Counted from the first letter of the stretch, positions 28,045 through 38,912 are shown. The stretch is 64,000 nucleotides of DNA from Streptacidiphilus sp. MAP12-33 (GCF_041261265.1 NZ_JBGCCA010000031.1:1-64000), one strand, 5' to 3'. The notes: generated by a model from the letters alone, not told the origin. Numbers and translations: made by a program.

Positions 28045-29058
28045 CTACTTCTTCGGCTTCGCGCGCAGGCGGGCGGCCTCGTAGAGGACGATGCCGGCGG
28101 CCACGCCCGCGTTGAGGGACTCGGCCTGGCCCGGCATCGGGATACGGACCGTCAGGTCGCAGGTCTCGGCGACCAGGCGGGACATGCCCTTGCCCTCCGA
28201 GCCCATGACGACCACGACGGGGCCCGTCAGCGCGTCGAGGTCGACGAGGTCGTGCTCGCCGTCCGCGGCCATGCCGACGACGAAGAGGCCGGCCTTCTTG
28301 TAGGCCTCCAGCGCACGCGTCAGGTTGCTGGCCCGGGCGACCGGGACCCGCGCCGCCGCGCCGGAGGAGGTCTTCCACGCGCCGGCCGTCATGCCGGCCG
28401 AGCGGCGCTCGGGGACGACGACGCCGTGGCCGTCGAACGCCGCGACGGAGCGGACGACCGCGCCGAGGTTGCGGGAGTCGGTGATGCCGTCGAGCGCGAC
28501 GATCAGCGGGGCGTCACGGTTGACGCCGGCCGCCGCCACGAGGTCGTCCGGGTGGGCGTACTCGTACGGCGGGACCTGGAGGATCAGGCCCTGGTGGTTG
28601 TGGCCCTCGGCGAGGTTGTCCAGTTGCTGGCGCGGGGCCTCCATCAGCGGGACGCCGCGCTCGGTGGCCAGCGACAGCGCGTCGCGGACGCGGTCGTCGT
28701 TGTCGATGAACTGCTGGACGTACAGCGCGGACGCGGGAACGTCACCCTGCAGCGCCTCCAGCACGGAGTTGCGGCCGTAGACCAGCTCCGCGCCGGACTT
28801 GCCGGTGCGGCCGTGGACGCCGCCGCGGCGCGCGCCGCGCGCCTTGTTGTCGGCGGCACGCTTGGCGGCGGCATTCGCGGCGCGCTGCTTCGGGTGGCCC
28901 TTGCGCGCCTCACCGGGCGGCGTCGGGCCCTTGCCCTCGAGCGCCCGACGGCTGTGGCCACCCGTGCCGACCGACGCGCCCTTCTTCGATCCGGGGTTGC
29001 GGCGGTTCCTGCGCTGGCTGTTGCCGGCCATGGGTGCTGTCCTGCTTCCTGCTGACAC
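28045..29058 (-). CDS. rlmB: 23S rRNA (guanosine-2'-O)-methyltransferase RlmB (SpoU/TrmH family) with an Arg/Gly-rich N-terminal extension
   Basis: The SpoU motifs 'LIVALDGITDSRNLGAVVRS', 'VVVVMGSEGKG' and 'IPMPGQAESLNAGVAAGIVLYE' are present. The start may be the ATG at 29031. Confidence 0.85.
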   Translation of the reverse strand: MSAGSRTAPMAGNSQRRNRRNPGSKKGASVGTGGHSRRALEGKGPTPPGEARKGHPKQRAANAAAKRAADNKARGARRGGVHGRTGKSGAELVYGRNSVLEALQGDVPASALYVQQFIDNDDRVRDALSLATERGVPLMEAPRQQLDNLAEGHNHQGLILQVPPYEYAHPDDLVAAAGVNRDAPLIVALDGITDSRNLGAVVRSVAAFDGHGVVVPERRSAGMTAGAWKTSSGAAARVPVARASNLTRALEAYKKAGLFVVGMAADGEHDLVDLDALTGPVVVVMGSEGKGMSRLVAETCDLTVRIPMPGQAESLNAGVAAGIVLYEAARLRAKPKK

Positions 29059-29082
29059 TGCTACTACGGGCTTAAGAAAAGG

Positions 29083-30504
29083 TCACTTGTTGAGGGTCCA
29101 GCGCGAGCCGTCCGCGCGGTCCTCGATGTTGAGCCCGGCCTGGACCAGGCGGTCACGGATGGCGTCGGAGGTGGCCCAGTCCTTGCGCTCGCGGGCAGCC
29201 TGACGCTGCTCCAGGACGAGCCGGACCAGCGAGTCCACCACGCCGTGGAGGTCCTCGCCCGAGCCCGGGCCGGCCCAGAACGGGTCGAGCGGGTCCATGC
29301 CCAGCACACCGAGCATCGCACGGACCTCCGACATACGCGCGACCGCGCTCTCCTTGTCGTCGGCGGCGAGTGCGGCGTTGCCCTGCCGGACGGCGGTGTG
29401 GACGATCGCCATGGCGCCGGGGACGCCGAAGTCCTCGTCCATCGACTCGGCAAAGGCGGGCGGCACGTCGGCGGCGGGCTCGACCGCGCCGTGCAGCTCG
29501 ACCACCCGCTGAAGGAAGGACTCGATGCGGTTGAAGCCGGTCTCGGCCTCGCGCAGCGCGTCCTCGCTGTACTCGATGGTGGAGCGGTAGTGCGGCGTGC
29601 CGAGGTAGTAGCGCAGCACGACGGGCCGCCAGTTCACGACCATCTCGGAGACCAGCACCGAGTTGCCGAGCGACTTGCTCATCTTCTCGCCGCTGAGGGT
29701 CACCCAGGCGTTGTGCAGCCAGTAGGTGGCGAAGTCGTCGCCGAAGGCCTTGGACTGGGCGATCTCGTTCTCGTGGTGCGGGAAGATCAGGTCCCGCCCG
29801 CCGCCGTGGATGTCGAAGCCGCGGCCCAGGTACTTGTGCGCCATGGCGGAGCACTCCAGGTGCCAGCCGGGGCGCCCGCGGCCCCACGGGGTGGGCCAGC
29901 TGGGCTCGCCGGGCTTGGCGGCCTTCCACATGGCGAAGTCGCGCGGGTCGCGCTTGCCCGTCTCGCCCTCGCTCTCGGGCTGGCGCAGGTTGTCCAACTC
30001 CTGGTGCGACAGCGCGAGGTAGTCGGCGTAGGAGGTGACGGAGAAGTAGACGTTGCCCTCGGGCGTCGCGTAGGCGTGACCGCGCTCGATGAGCGCCTGC
30101 ATCATCTCGATCATCTCGGTGATGTGCCCGGTCGCGCGCGGCTCGCCGGTCGGCGGGAGGCAGCCGAGCGCGGTGTAGCCGTCGTTGAAGGCGCGCTCGT
30201 TGGCGTAGGCGATCTGCCACCAGGGCAGGCCGAACTCACGCGACTTGGCGATGATCTTGTCATCGATGTCGGTGACGTTCCGGACGAAGGTGACGTCGTA
30301 GCCGCGGTGGGCGAACCACCGGCGGATGATGTCGAAGTTCAGGCCGGAGCGGATGTGACCGATGTGCGGCGCGGCCTGGACGGTCGCTCCGCACAGGTAG
30401 ATCGACACGCAGCCCGGCGTGCTCGGGACGAAGTCGCGGACCTGGCCGGAGGCGGTGTCGTGCAGGCGAATGCTCACCCCACCAGGGTAGTGGGCGGCGG
30501 GCAC
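29083..30504 (-). CDS. cysS: Cysteine--tRNA ligase
   Basis: It has the HIGH motif 'APHIGHIRS', 'KMSKSLGN' and the Cys-binding 'HLECSAM'. An alternative GTG start lies at 30467. Confidence 0.9.
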   Translation of the reverse strand: MPAAHYPGGVSIRLHDTASGQVRDFVPSTPGCVSIYLCGATVQAAPHIGHIRSGLNFDIIRRWFAHRGYDVTFVRNVTDIDDKIIAKSREFGLPWWQIAYANERAFNDGYTALGCLPPTGEPRATGHITEMIEMMQALIERGHAYATPEGNVYFSVTSYADYLALSHQELDNLRQPESEGETGKRDPRDFAMWKAAKPGEPSWPTPWGRGRPGWHLECSAMAHKYLGRGFDIHGGGRDLIFPHHENEIAQSKAFGDDFATYWLHNAWVTLSGEKMSKSLGNSVLVSEMVVNWRPVVLRYYLGTPHYRSTIEYSEDALREAETGFNRIESFLQRVVELHGAVEPAADVPPAFAESMDEDFGVPGAMAIVHTAVRQGNAALAADDKESAVARMSEVRAMLGVLGMDPLDPFWAGPGSGEDLHGVVDSLVRLVLEQRQAARERKDWATSDAIRDRLVQAGLNIEDRADGSRWTLNK

Positions 30505-30652
30505 TGCACTACGCCCATCGGGGGACGGGCCACACTGCTTTATCGCCGTTGTTGCACTGCCGTCAGCTTTGCGGGTGACGGCAGTGCGACGGAGAGGACC
30601 GGGACCGGGTCGGCGACTCAGTAGCGACGACTCGGACGACTCAGTGGAGACG

Positions 30653-31164
30653 TCAGTAGACGAGCGCGGTCGCGACGGCGGTCAGGCCCTCCGCGCGGCC
30701 GGGGAAGCCGAGGCCGTCCGTGGTCGCCCCGGAGACGGAGACGGGCGCTCCGACCGTGGCCGAGAGCAGTTCCTGCGCCTCCGCCCGCCGCATGCCGATC
30801 TTCGGGAACGGTCCGACGACCTGCACGGCGACGTTGCCGATCTCGAATCCGGCCTCGCGGACGATGCGGGCCGCCTCGGCCAGCAGCTTCACGCCGGGGG
30901 CGCCGGCCCACTCGGGGCGGTCGGTGCCGAAGTGGGCGCCGAGGTCGCCGAGGCCGGCGGCGGAGAAGAGGGCGTTGCAGGCTGCGTGGGCGACGACGTC
31001 GGCGTCGGAGTGGCCGTCCAGGCCGACCTCGTAGCCGTCCCACCGCAGTCCGGCGACCCAGAGCTCACGGCCGGCGGCGAAGGCGTGGGTGTCGGTGCCG
31101 ATGCCGGTGCGCGGCAGCCGGTACCCGGGGGCACCGGCTGCCGCGGTGGCGGGCTCAGTACTCA
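30653..31164 (-). CDS. ispF: 2-C-methyl-D-erythritol 2,4-cyclodiphosphate synthase
   Basis: '[25 protein letters not shown]...[14 protein letters not shown]'. The start is at the ATG 31164, within the longer six-frame ORF. Confidence 0.85.
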
Positions 31165-31919
31165 TCGCGGGACCTCCGGCGGGCCAGGACGGCCTCGGCG
31201 AGGACCAGGTCGAGCGGGCGGGTGACCTTGAAGGCCTCCTCGTGACCGGGCACGACCACGACGCGGCCGCCGAAGCGCTCGACGAGCCCGGCGTCGTCGG
31301 TCGCGTCGACACCCTCCTCGACGGCCTTGGCGTGGACGCGGTCGAGCACGTCACGGCGGAAGCCCTGCGGCGTCTGCACGGCGCGCAGGGTGGCGCGGTC
31401 GGGGGTGCCGACGACGGGCTCGGGCAGGCCGGCGGCGCGGGCCGGGGTGACCTGCTTGACGGTGTCGGCGAGCGGGACGGCCGGCACGACGGCCTCGGCG
31501 CCGTCGGCGACGGCGCGCGCGACGGCGTCGACCACGTCGACGGGGACGAGCGGGCGTGCGGCATCGTGCACGAGGACGACGTCGATGTCGGCCGGGAGCG
31601 CGGCGAGGCCGGCCCGGACCGACTCCTGGCGGGTCTCGCCGCCGGGCACCACGACGAGAGCGGCGCTCTCGCGTTCGCCGATCGCGTCCGCGAGCAGTGC
31701 TCTCACTTCGGCGACGCCGTCCTTGGGCGCCACCACCACGACCGTGCCGACGGCGCGCGAACGCGCCAGCACCCGGACCGCGTGGACGAGGATGGGCACC
31801 CCGCCGAGCTCGCGCAGCGCCTTCGGGGCACCGGGCCCCAGTCGCTCACCGCGTCCCGCTGCGGGCACCACTGCTGCGGCGTTCAGGTTTGGTCCCTTCG
31901 GGGATGTGGGTACGGTCAA
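31155..31919 (-). CDS. ispD: 2-C-methyl-D-erythritol 4-phosphate cytidylyltransferase
   Basis: '[26 protein letters not shown]...[10 protein letters not shown]'. It overlaps ispF by 10 bp. Confidence 0.85.
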   Translation of the reverse strand: MTVPTSPKGPNLNAAAVVPAAGRGERLGPGAPKALRELGGVPILVHAVRVLARSRAVGTVVVVAPKDGVAEVRALLADAIGERESAALVVVPGGETRQESVRAGLAALPADIDVVLVHDAARPLVPVDVVDAVARAVADGAEAVVPAVPLADTVKQVTPARAAGLPEPVVGTPDRATLRAVQTPQGFRRDVLDRVHAKAVEEGVDATDDAGLVERFGGRVVVVPGHEEAFKVTRPLDLVLAEAVLARRRSRDEY

Positions 31920-32130
31920 GGCGTGCCGGGCTCAGCGCCCTTCCGTGAAGCGCACCTTGACGCTTGCGCCCGGCAGCGGACCACCACACGGTGGACCACC
32001 AGGCACCGCACCATGTTCGGCGTACGCCTCAGCGCCCGGCGATGCAACCGCCAGGCGCTGGGACGAACGAGAAGAACCGCATGGGCACACGTCTGCGCGC
32101 GGGCAGGGCGCGCAACCGTGTGTCTGCGTA

Positions 32131-32613
32131 CTACGAGGCGAGCACCTCGTCGAGCAGCGTCTCCGCCTTGTCCTCGTTGGTGTTCTCCGCGAGCGCGAGC
32201 TCGCTCACCAGGATCTGGCGCGCCTTGGCGAGCATCCGCTTCTCACCAGCGGACAGCCCGCGCTCGCGCTCGCGACGCCAAAGGTCGCGCACAACCTCGG
32301 CGACCTTGATAACGTCACCCGAGGCGAGCTTCTCCAGGTTCGCCTTGTAGCGGCGGGACCAGTTGGTCGGCTCTTCGGTGTACGGTGCTCGCAGCACCTC
32401 GAAGACCCGGTCCAGACCGTCCTGGCCGACCACGTCGCGCACGCCGACGAACTCGGCGTTCTCTGCAGGAACGCGCAGCGTCAGGTCGCCCTGCTGCACC
32501 TTGAGCACCAGATAGGTCTTGTCCACACCTTTGATCTGGCGAATTTCGATGGCCTCGATCAGCGCGGCCCCGTGATGGGGGTAGACCACGGTGTCGCCAA
32601 CCTTGAACGTCAT
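32131..32613 (-). CDS. carD: CarD-family transcriptional regulator (RNAP-binding)
   Basis: '[39 protein letters not shown]'. Confidence 0.85.
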   Translation of the reverse strand: MTFKVGDTVVYPHHGAALIEAIEIRQIKGVDKTYLVLKVQQGDLTLRVPAENAEFVGVRDVVGQDGLDRVFEVLRAPYTEEPTNWSRRYKANLEKLASGDVIKVAEVVRDLWRRERERGLSAGEKRMLAKARQILVSELALAENTNEDKAETLLDEVLAS

Positions 32614-32988
32614 GTGACAGGTACCCCTTCCGTGGCTTTCCAGAGTAACACGCTCCGGGCCGTATCAGAAGGGCGTTTCCGCAGGTCAGAGCTGGTTCGC
32701 AGGCTTGACAACGGCCCCGGTTCCGTGCTGCGACCCCTGTTCGAGAACCCCTTCTCGCAGGTCGGAGCGGTTGTCCACGAACCTGCGCGAAGGCCGTCAC
32801 CCTGCAATGATCTTGCGTTCAGGGCGTTATCCAACCGTGATCTGATCTTCGTCCAGGCGGGTCCACCGACCTGTTCGGACCGGCTCGTGGGTGCGACACG
32901 GGCTACCCCGTGTGGAGCGGATAAAGGCCCTCGGTAATCTGAACGCGGACCAGAACCTTCAAACCGTTCAACAAGGAGCACCCTCCCC

Positions 32989-33621
32989 GTGAGCCGCAGT
33001 CTTCGTCGCGGCGCGGTCGCCGCCGTCATCGCCGTCGCGATCGCCCCCGTCCTCGCCGCCTGCTCTGCGGGGTCCAGCGCGGCGACCCTTCAGGTCAAGC
33101 CGAACGCAGCCGCCACCGCCATCAGCAATGGCCAGCTCAAGCTGAACGGCGTGGCCGTCGTCACCGACGCCCAGGGCAACGCGCCGGCCAGCGTCATCGC
33201 GAGCATCGCCAACAACGAGACGCAGGCCGAGAACCTCGTCTCGGTCACCGTCGGCACCACCGCCGCCACCCTGACGGGCACCACGGCCATCCCGAGCGGC
33301 TCCGCACTGAGCCTGGGCACCCCGGGCGCCAACGCCACGCTGGCGACCGTGCCGACCCTGGACCAGCCCGCGGGCGCCAACATCCCGGTGACCTTCGTCT
33401 TCGCCAACGGCGGCTCGGTCACGCTGAACGCCCAGATCCAGACCGGCACCGGCGAGTACGCCCCGTACGCCCCGGCCACGCCGACGCCGACCCTGACCGC
33501 GGTGCTGCCCTCGGCCAGCGGCACCGGCCTGCCGGCCGCGTCCGGCTCGGCCGCCGCGCACGAGACCAAGAAGGCCGGCGAGCCCAAGAAGACCTCGCCG
33601 TCGCCCAGCTCCACGCACTGA
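32989..33621 (+). CDS. Putative lipoprotein (lipobox 'LAACSAG'), Ala/Thr-rich
   Basis: It has a signal peptide and a lipobox, and is low-complexity. Confidence 0.55.
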   Translation: MSRSLRRGAVAAVIAVAIAPVLAACSAGSSAATLQVKPNAAATAISNGQLKLNGVAVVTDAQGNAPASVIASIANNETQAENLVSVTVGTTAATLTGTTAIPSGSALSLGTPGANATLATVPTLDQPAGANIPVTFVFANGGSVTLNAQIQTGTGEYAPYAPATPTPTLTAVLPSASGTGLPAASGSAAAHETKKAGEPKKTSPSPSSTH

Positions 33622-33639
33622 CGCGTCACCTCGCACGTC

Positions 33640-33688
33640 ACATCACAAGAGGCCGGGGCGGCACCGAATGTTCGGTGCCGCCCCGGCC
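33640..33688. terminator. Bidirectional intrinsic terminator
   Basis: 'gaggccggggcggcaccgaatgttcggtgccgccccggcctctttcg'. Confidence 0.7.
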
Positions 33689-33721
33689 TCTTTCGAGTGA
33701 ACCTCGTCCTGCTCGGGCCGA

Positions 33722-34408
33722 TCAGGGCTCGAACTTGTAGCCCAGGCCGCGCACGGTGACCAGGTAGCGCGGGGCGCCCGGGTCCGGCTCGATCTTCGCG
33801 CGCAGGCGCTTGACGTGGACGTCGAGGGTCTTGGTGTCGCCGACGTAGTCGGCGCCCCAGACCCGGTCGATCAGCTGCATACGGGTGAGCACCCGGCCCG
33901 CGTTGCGCAGCAGCATCTCCAGCAGGTCGAACTCCTTGAGCGGCAGGTCGACCTTGGCGCCGTCGACGGTCACCACGTGACGGTCCACGTCCATGCGGAC
34001 CGGGCCGGCCTCCAGCGCGCCGGGGCCACCACTGGTCTCCTCGGTCTCGCCGCGGCGGCGCAGCACCGCGCGGATCCGGGCGACGAGCTCACGGGTCGAG
34101 TAGGGCTTGGTGACGTAGTCGTCCGCCCCTATCTCCAGCCCGACGACCTTGTCGATCTCACTGTCCTTGGCGGTGACCATGATCACCGGTACGGAGGACT
34201 TGGCACGCAACTGGCGGCAGACCTCGGTACCCGGCAGGCCGGGCAGCATCAGGTCGAGCAGCACCAGGTCCGCGCCGTTGCGCTCGAACTGGTCCAGCGC
34301 GTCGGGGCCGGTGGCGGCGATGGCCACCTCGAAGCCCTCCTTGCGCAGCATGTAGGAGAGGGCGTCGCTGAAGGACTCCTCGTCCTCGACGACAAGCACA
34401 CGGGTCAC
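33722..34408 (-). CDS. phoP: OmpR-family response regulator PhoP
   Basis: It has a receiver 'VLVVEDEESFSDAL...DLVLLDLMLPG' and a winged-helix C-terminus. Its GTG start overlaps the phoR stop (GTGA). Confidence 0.85.
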   Translation of the reverse strand: MTRVLVVEDEESFSDALSYMLRKEGFEVAIAATGPDALDQFERNGADLVLLDLMLPGLPGTEVCRQLRAKSSVPVIMVTAKDSEIDKVVGLEIGADDYVTKPYSTRELVARIRAVLRRRGETEETSGGPGALEAGPVRMDVDRHVVTVDGAKVDLPLKEFDLLEMLLRNAGRVLTRMQLIDRVWGADYVGDTKTLDVHVKRLRAKIEPDPGAPRYLVTVRGLGYKFEP

Positions 34409-35721
34409 GGCATGGCCTCCGGGGCGGCAGGGGTGGTGGTGGGAGCAGGGGGGTGGGCGTCGGGGCCGGCGGGCAGGTCGCCGGCTCCGTCGTGGTCGGC
34501 GGGGTCGTCGAGGACGGCTGGGCCGTCGAAGTCGGGGTGGCCGACGGCGTTGAGTCCGGTGGCGTTCTCGGTGCCCTTCACGGTGGGCAGGCGCAGGGTG
34601 AACGTCGAGCCCTGGCCCTCGACACTCCACACTGCCACGCTGCCGCCGTGGGACGCGGCGACGTGCTTGACGATGGAAAGGCCGAGGCCGGTGCCCCCGG
34701 TGGCGCGGGAGCGGGCCGGGTCGACCCGGTAGAAGCGCTCGAAGATCCGGTCGCGGTCCTTCTCGGAGATGCCCACACCCTGGTCGGTGACGGATATCTC
34801 CACCAGGTCCTGCTTGCCGCCGGGGAGCTTGCGGGCCGCGATGGCCACCCGGGTACGGGCGGGGCTGTAGTTGACGGCGTTCTCCACGAGGTTGCCCAGC
34901 GCCGCGGCGAGCTGGCCGCGGTTGCCGTAGAGCTGGAGGCCCGCGATGCCACCGGCGGCCATGGTGATCTGCTTGGCCGCGGCCTGGTGGCGGCAGCGGT
35001 CCATCGCCTCGGCGACCAGCTCGTCGATCGGCACCATCTCGGCGTCGACCAGACGGACGTCGTCCTGGACCCGGGAGAGCTCGATGATCTCCTGCACCAG
35101 GTTGGTCAGCCGGGCGGACTCGATCAGCATGCGGCCGGCGAAGCGGCGCACCGCCTCGGGGTCGTCGCTGGCGTCCTGGACCGCCTCGGAGAGCAGCGAG
35201 AGGGCGCCGACGGGCGTCTTCAGCTCGTGCGAGACGTTGGCGACGAAGTCGCGGCGCACCGCCTCGATCCGCCGGGCCTCGGTCAGGTCCTCGACCAGCA
35301 CCAGCACCAGCCGGGACCCCAGCGGCGCGACGCGGACGGAGACCGCGAGCAGCTCACCCCCGCCGCTCGCGCGTCTGGGGATGTCGAGGTCGGCCTGCCG
35401 TATCTCGCCGTCACGCCGGGTGAGCCGGCCCATGGCGAGGATCGCGTCGACGGCGATCGCCCCTCCCCGCACCAGCCCGAGGGCGTAGGCGGCGGAGCTC
35501 GCCTTGATCACCTGATCGCTCTCGTCCAGCACGACGGCGCAGGAGCGCAACACCGACAGCACGGTGTCCACACCCGGCGGCAGAGCCGGTTCCTCCTGCT
35601 GGTCGGTGCGCTTGGAGGGCAGGTGCTCCTTCTCGCTCCAGCGGAAGGCGAGCGCGGCGGTAAGGCCGACTCCGAGCCCGACGAGCGCGCTGACGGAGGC
35701 GGCGGCCACGTTCACATCCAT
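34405..35721 (-). CDS. phoR: Sensor histidine kinase PhoR
   Basis: It has an N-terminal TM, the H-box 'VSHELKTP' and HATPase 'GGTGLGLSIVKH'. Confidence 0.8.
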   Translation of the reverse strand: MDVNVAAASVSALVGLGVGLTAALAFRWSEKEHLPSKRTDQQEEPALPPGVDTVLSVLRSCAVVLDESDQVIKASSAAYALGLVRGGAIAVDAILAMGRLTRRDGEIRQADLDIPRRASGGGELLAVSVRVAPLGSRLVLVLVEDLTEARRIEAVRRDFVANVSHELKTPVGALSLLSEAVQDASDDPEAVRRFAGRMLIESARLTNLVQEIIELSRVQDDVRLVDAEMVPIDELVAEAMDRCRHQAAAKQITMAAGGIAGLQLYGNRGQLAAALGNLVENAVNYSPARTRVAIAARKLPGGKQDLVEISVTDQGVGISEKDRDRIFERFYRVDPARSRATGGTGLGLSIVKHVAASHGGSVAVWSVEGQGSTFTLRLPTVKGTENATGLNAVGHPDFDGPAVLDDPADHDGAGDLPAGPDAHPPAPTTTPAAPEAMP

Positions 35722-35900
35722 GCCAATCAGCGTAAGCGCACGTCGGTGACCTGCCGTAACCCTCGGACAATGCGCTCAGCCGCCGGATGCCGAGAATTCA
35801 CCTTCACGTCTCCGGTGGTTCACTCCTGCTGAGGACGTGGGTCGTCCGGGCGGCGCACAGTAGTCTGCGAACACCCGTCCAGGAGGGATGAGAGCTAAGC

Positions 35901-36578
35901 ATGCGCGACGCGTACCACGAGGAACTCGACTCGATCAGCGACGGCCTGGTGGAGTTGGCCCGCCTGGCCGGCTCCGCGATGGGCCGGGCGACCACGGCGC
36001 TGCTCGACGCCGACCTGGAGCTGGCGGAGTCCGTGATCGCCGCGGACGAGAAGCTGGACCAGCTGCACCATGACCTGGAGAACCGCGCCATCGCGCTGCT
36101 GGCCCGCCAGCAGCCGGTCGCGACCGACCTGCGCATCGTGGTCACCTCCCTGCGCATGAGCGCGGACCTGGAGCGCAGCGGCGACCTGGCCCGCCACGTG
36201 GCCAAGCTGGCCCGGCTGCGCTACCCGGAGTCCGCGGTCCCGCAGGACCTGCACCCGATCATCCTGGAGATGGGCCAGCTCGCCCAGCGCCTGATCGCCA
36301 AGGCCGGTCAGGTGATCGCGACCAAGGACGTCGACGAGGCGCTGGAGCTGGAGCGCGACGACGACCGGATGGACGAGCTGCACAAGCTGCTCTTCGCCCA
36401 CCTGCTCGACGACCGCTGGCACCACGGTGTGGAGACGGCGGTCGACGTCACGCTCTGCGGCCGCTACTACGAGCGCTTCGCCGACCACGCGGTCTCGGTG
36501 GCCAAGCGCGTGGTCTTCCTGGTCACCGGCGAGCACGCGGACGACTTCGTCCCCGAGGCCGGCCCCGGCCAGGAGTAA
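35901..36578 (+). CDS. phoU: Phosphate signalling complex protein PhoU
   Basis: It has two PhoU repeats ('DLRIVVTSLRMSADLERSGD', 'DVTLCGRYYERFADHAV') and is divergent from phoRP, as in Streptomyces. Confidence 0.85.
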   Translation: MRDAYHEELDSISDGLVELARLAGSAMGRATTALLDADLELAESVIAADEKLDQLHHDLENRAIALLARQQPVATDLRIVVTSLRMSADLERSGDLARHVAKLARLRYPESAVPQDLHPIILEMGQLAQRLIAKAGQVIATKDVDEALELERDDDRMDELHKLLFAHLLDDRWHHGVETAVDVTLCGRYYERFADHAVSVAKRVVFLVTGEHADDFVPEAGPGQE

Positions 36579-36718
36579 CCCTTGCGTGGGGGCGCTCAAA
36601 CGGGCGTACGGGTGAGCCCGTACGCCCGTTGACGCTGCGTACACGGGCCATTTCACTGGGGGACAGACGGGCCCGCCGATCGCACGGGCCCGGCAGCCAC
36701 GAGGAGGACCTGTCTCCA

Positions 36719-36892
36719 TGGCCCGTATCACGCAAAGCCTGACTCCGACTCCCCCGTCCCCGACCCCACCGGCGTCGAACGCACCCACCCGGCTCCCCTT
36801 GCTGGGCGCCTGCGGCTGCGGCTCGGGCTGCGGCTGCGGCTGCCAGTCCGGCGGCACCTGCCAGTGCGGTGGGGGCTGCTGCTCGCACTGAG
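36719..36892 (+). CDS. Small Cys-rich (metallothionein-like) peptide, 57 aa, not in the ORF track
   Basis: Manual translation gives 'MARITQSLTPTPPSPTPPASNAPTRLPLLGACGCGSGCGCGCQSGGTCQCGGGCCSH*' with 13 Cys in the C-terminal 27 residues. Confidence 0.5.
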
Positions 36893-36960
36893 CAACCAAG
36901 GCACCAAGCGCCGAGGAACCAAGCGCTGAGGAACCGAGCGCCGAGGAACCGAGCACGAGG
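36893..36960. repeat. About 16-bp tandem repeat (gaggaacc[a/g]agcgc[c/t]) of roughly four copies directly after the metallothionein-like ORF
   Basis: Direct reading. Confidence 0.6.
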
Positions 36961-37037
36961 CGGCGACGCGGCGCGTCACCGGGAAGCCGTGGGGTCCGCT
37001 CGCCCCACGGCTTCGCCAGGCGGCGCCGACCTGCCGG

Positions 37038-37256
37038 CTACCAGCCCTGCTCCAAGGTGGGCCTGCGCTCCGCGCCCTTCAGCATGTCGACGGACCTGGC
37101 GTGCTCGTCCCCGACCCGGTCCCGTACCTGGACGCCGAGGGCGTCGACCAGGGTCATCGCCGAGGGCGTGAACCACGCCAGCAGGTAGCTCTGCTGGGCG
37201 GCGAGCGGAGCTCCGTCCGCCCCCCCTCCAGCCGAGCCTCCCCTACCCGCGCCGAC
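37038..37256 (-). CDS. Possible small ORF or 3' gene fragment ending '...AMTLVDALGVQVRDRVGDEHARSVDMLKGAERRPTLEQGW'
   Basis: High GC3 in this frame. The N-terminal limit is unclear, and the upstream part of the listed ORF is antisense to 37313-37687. Confidence 0.25.
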   Translation of the reverse strand, partial: VGAGRGGSAGGGADGAPLAAQQSYLLAWFTPSAMTLVDALGVQVRDRVGDEHARSVDMLKGAERRPTLEQGW

Positions 37257-37312
37257 GGGAACCAAATGCTTCCCCGACGGGTCTTCGAGGTCGGACGTCG
37301 AGGGGAGCAGGG

Positions 37313-37687
37313 GTGGGCGCGCGGATCGGGGCACGCGGAGCGGTCGTGGGCGTGGTGGCACTCGCCCTGGCGCTCGCGAGCGGATGGTGGCTGCACTACC
37401 GGATGACCTACAAGACCTTCGCGTGGTGGTCGGCGCCGCAGAAGCTGTACTACTGCGGCCGGGACTACGACCCGTCCGGCACGGTCGCTGCACTGCCGAA
37501 GGGCGACGGCCGGCTCACCGAGGTGTACCGCTTCGGGTTCGGCTCCTGGCCGGTCTACAAGCAGACATGGACGCCGCAGGCTGCCGGGCCTCACTGCTCG
37601 CCCTCCGGGTCGGGGACGGCGGTCGTGCTCTACCTTGTCCGCGGGACCCACGCGGTCGACCAGTACAACCTCTCCGGTGGCCCGTGA
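37313..37687 (+). CDS. Hypothetical secreted/membrane protein
   Basis: It has a signal-like N-terminus 'GAVVGVVALALALASGWW' and is followed by a strong hairpin. Confidence 0.45.
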   Translation: MGARIGARGAVVGVVALALALASGWWLHYRMTYKTFAWWSAPQKLYYCGRDYDPSGTVAALPKGDGRLTEVYRFGFGSWPVYKQTWTPQAAGPHCSPSGSGTAVVLYLVRGTHAVDQYNLSGGP

Positions 37688-37744
37688 CCGACCGGCCGAC
37701 GACGGCCCGGAAGAGGCTGGGAAGAGAAGAGGGCCCCTCAGCCG

Positions 37745-37783
37745 CGCCGTGTGCGCGGGTGAGGGGCCCGGTGGTGCGGGTCG
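37745..37783. terminator. GC-rich hairpin terminator
   Basis: 'gggcccctcagccgcgccgtgtgcgcgggtgaggggccc'. Confidence 0.6.
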
Positions 37784-38000
37784 TTACTTCTTGCCCTGGG
37801 TCTGGGGGGCCCTATTTTCGACCCTGGTCAGCGGGCTGAGCACCTCAGCTGACCTCCTATTGGGCAGTCGTTGTACGTCGTCATTGGTCGTCCTAGGGCG
37901 ACCCCGGAGGGCCCAGAGAGGGCCCAGCGGTGGACCCCTGACCGATGAAGAGGAGCAGCCCGCGCCCGGCTTGCGGTCGACCCCGGACGGATACTCCCGG

Positions 38001-38912
38001 TCAGCCGGTCGTCCGCTTCATCTCGTCCGCCGCCCCTCCGGATCTTTGCTCCGCGCCACCTTTGCGGAGGTGCTCCAGAGCCTCTCCGACCGCGAGCGAC
38101 TGATCTTTGTCCGCCTCCCAGCGGGCCATCACCTCGGCGGCGGCAAGGGCTTGTTCCGCGGGCAGTCCCTTCGCGCGAAGCGCATCCGCGACCTCAAGCA
38201 TCTCGGGCCCCCACCGCCAAGCACGAGCCGCAATCTTGGGGATGTAGTCGACCTCGGACAGGTAGCTGCCACCTCGCCCTGCCGCGATGTCCAGCAGCTC
38301 ATCCCCTACGCCGTGGGCTTCTGCGAGTCCGTACGCCACCGCAGCAAGCGCCCGGCTCGCCTTCTGGTAGGCGCTGTAGGACAGCTTGAGAGCCGACGCT
38401 TGGCCGTAGTGGTCTGCCGAGAGCGCCTTGACGTGGACGCCCGTGCCCGCGAACAGGCCCTCAATGATCCGAACCGCTCGCATTGGGCCAGCAAGGTAGA
38501 GCCGCGCGGTCTTGGAGCCTCTGGGCGGCGAGCCCACCACCGCGCCATCAATGACCGCCTTGGCCGTGCCGTTCAAGCCCAAGCGCGCGGCGATCCGCGT
38601 CACGCGAACGGGCGAGATCGCGTTGCACTCCACGAAGATCCCTGCGAATCGGAGACTCGCCACGGCTTCGGCCACATCCTCGGCGTGGGCCGGCGGGCAG
38701 ATGCTCAGAACTACGCCGGAGCGCTCCACTAGCTCGCCCAGCGTCCGCACCTCCGTAAGACCTGCGGCGCGCGCCCTGGCCCTGCTGGCTTCGCTCCGCC
38801 CTGCGCTGCACCAAAGCACGGTCGCGCCAGCATCCGCCGCCTGCGCGGCGATGGCCGCGCCCATGCTGCCCGGGTGGAGCACCCCGACCACTGGCTTTAG
38901 AGCGCCGGTCAT
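38001..38912 (-). CDS. NAD(P)-binding dehydrogenase (6-phosphogluconate-dehydrogenase-like Rossmann N-terminus; DUF1932-like)
   Basis: 'MTGALKPVVGVLHPGSMGAAIAAQAADAGATVLW' is a GxGxxG/A Rossmann motif. GC is about 62%. Confidence 0.6.
   Translation of the reverse strand: MTGALKPVVGVLHPGSMGAAIAAQAADAGATVLWCSAGRSEASRARARAAGLTEVRTLGELVERSGVVLSICPPAHAEDVAEAVASLRFAGIFVECNAISPVRVTRIAARLGLNGTAKAVIDGAVVGSPPRGSKTARLYLAGPMRAVRIIEGLFAGTGVHVKALSADHYGQASALKLSYSAYQKASRALAAVAYGLAEAHGVGDELLDIAAGRGGSYLSEVDYIPKIAARAWRWGPEMLEVADALRAKGLPAEQALAAAEVMARWEADKDQSLAVGEALEHLRKGGAEQRSGGAADEMKRTTG

Noticed and set aside
37786-37812. An exact att core for AICE-2 at 'ttacttcttgccctgg'
   Set aside because: The similarity to the gpmA end (53449-53475) is about 18/22 nt with an indel. 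This is good enough to suggest a diverged gene-end remnant, but not to call a precise recombination core.
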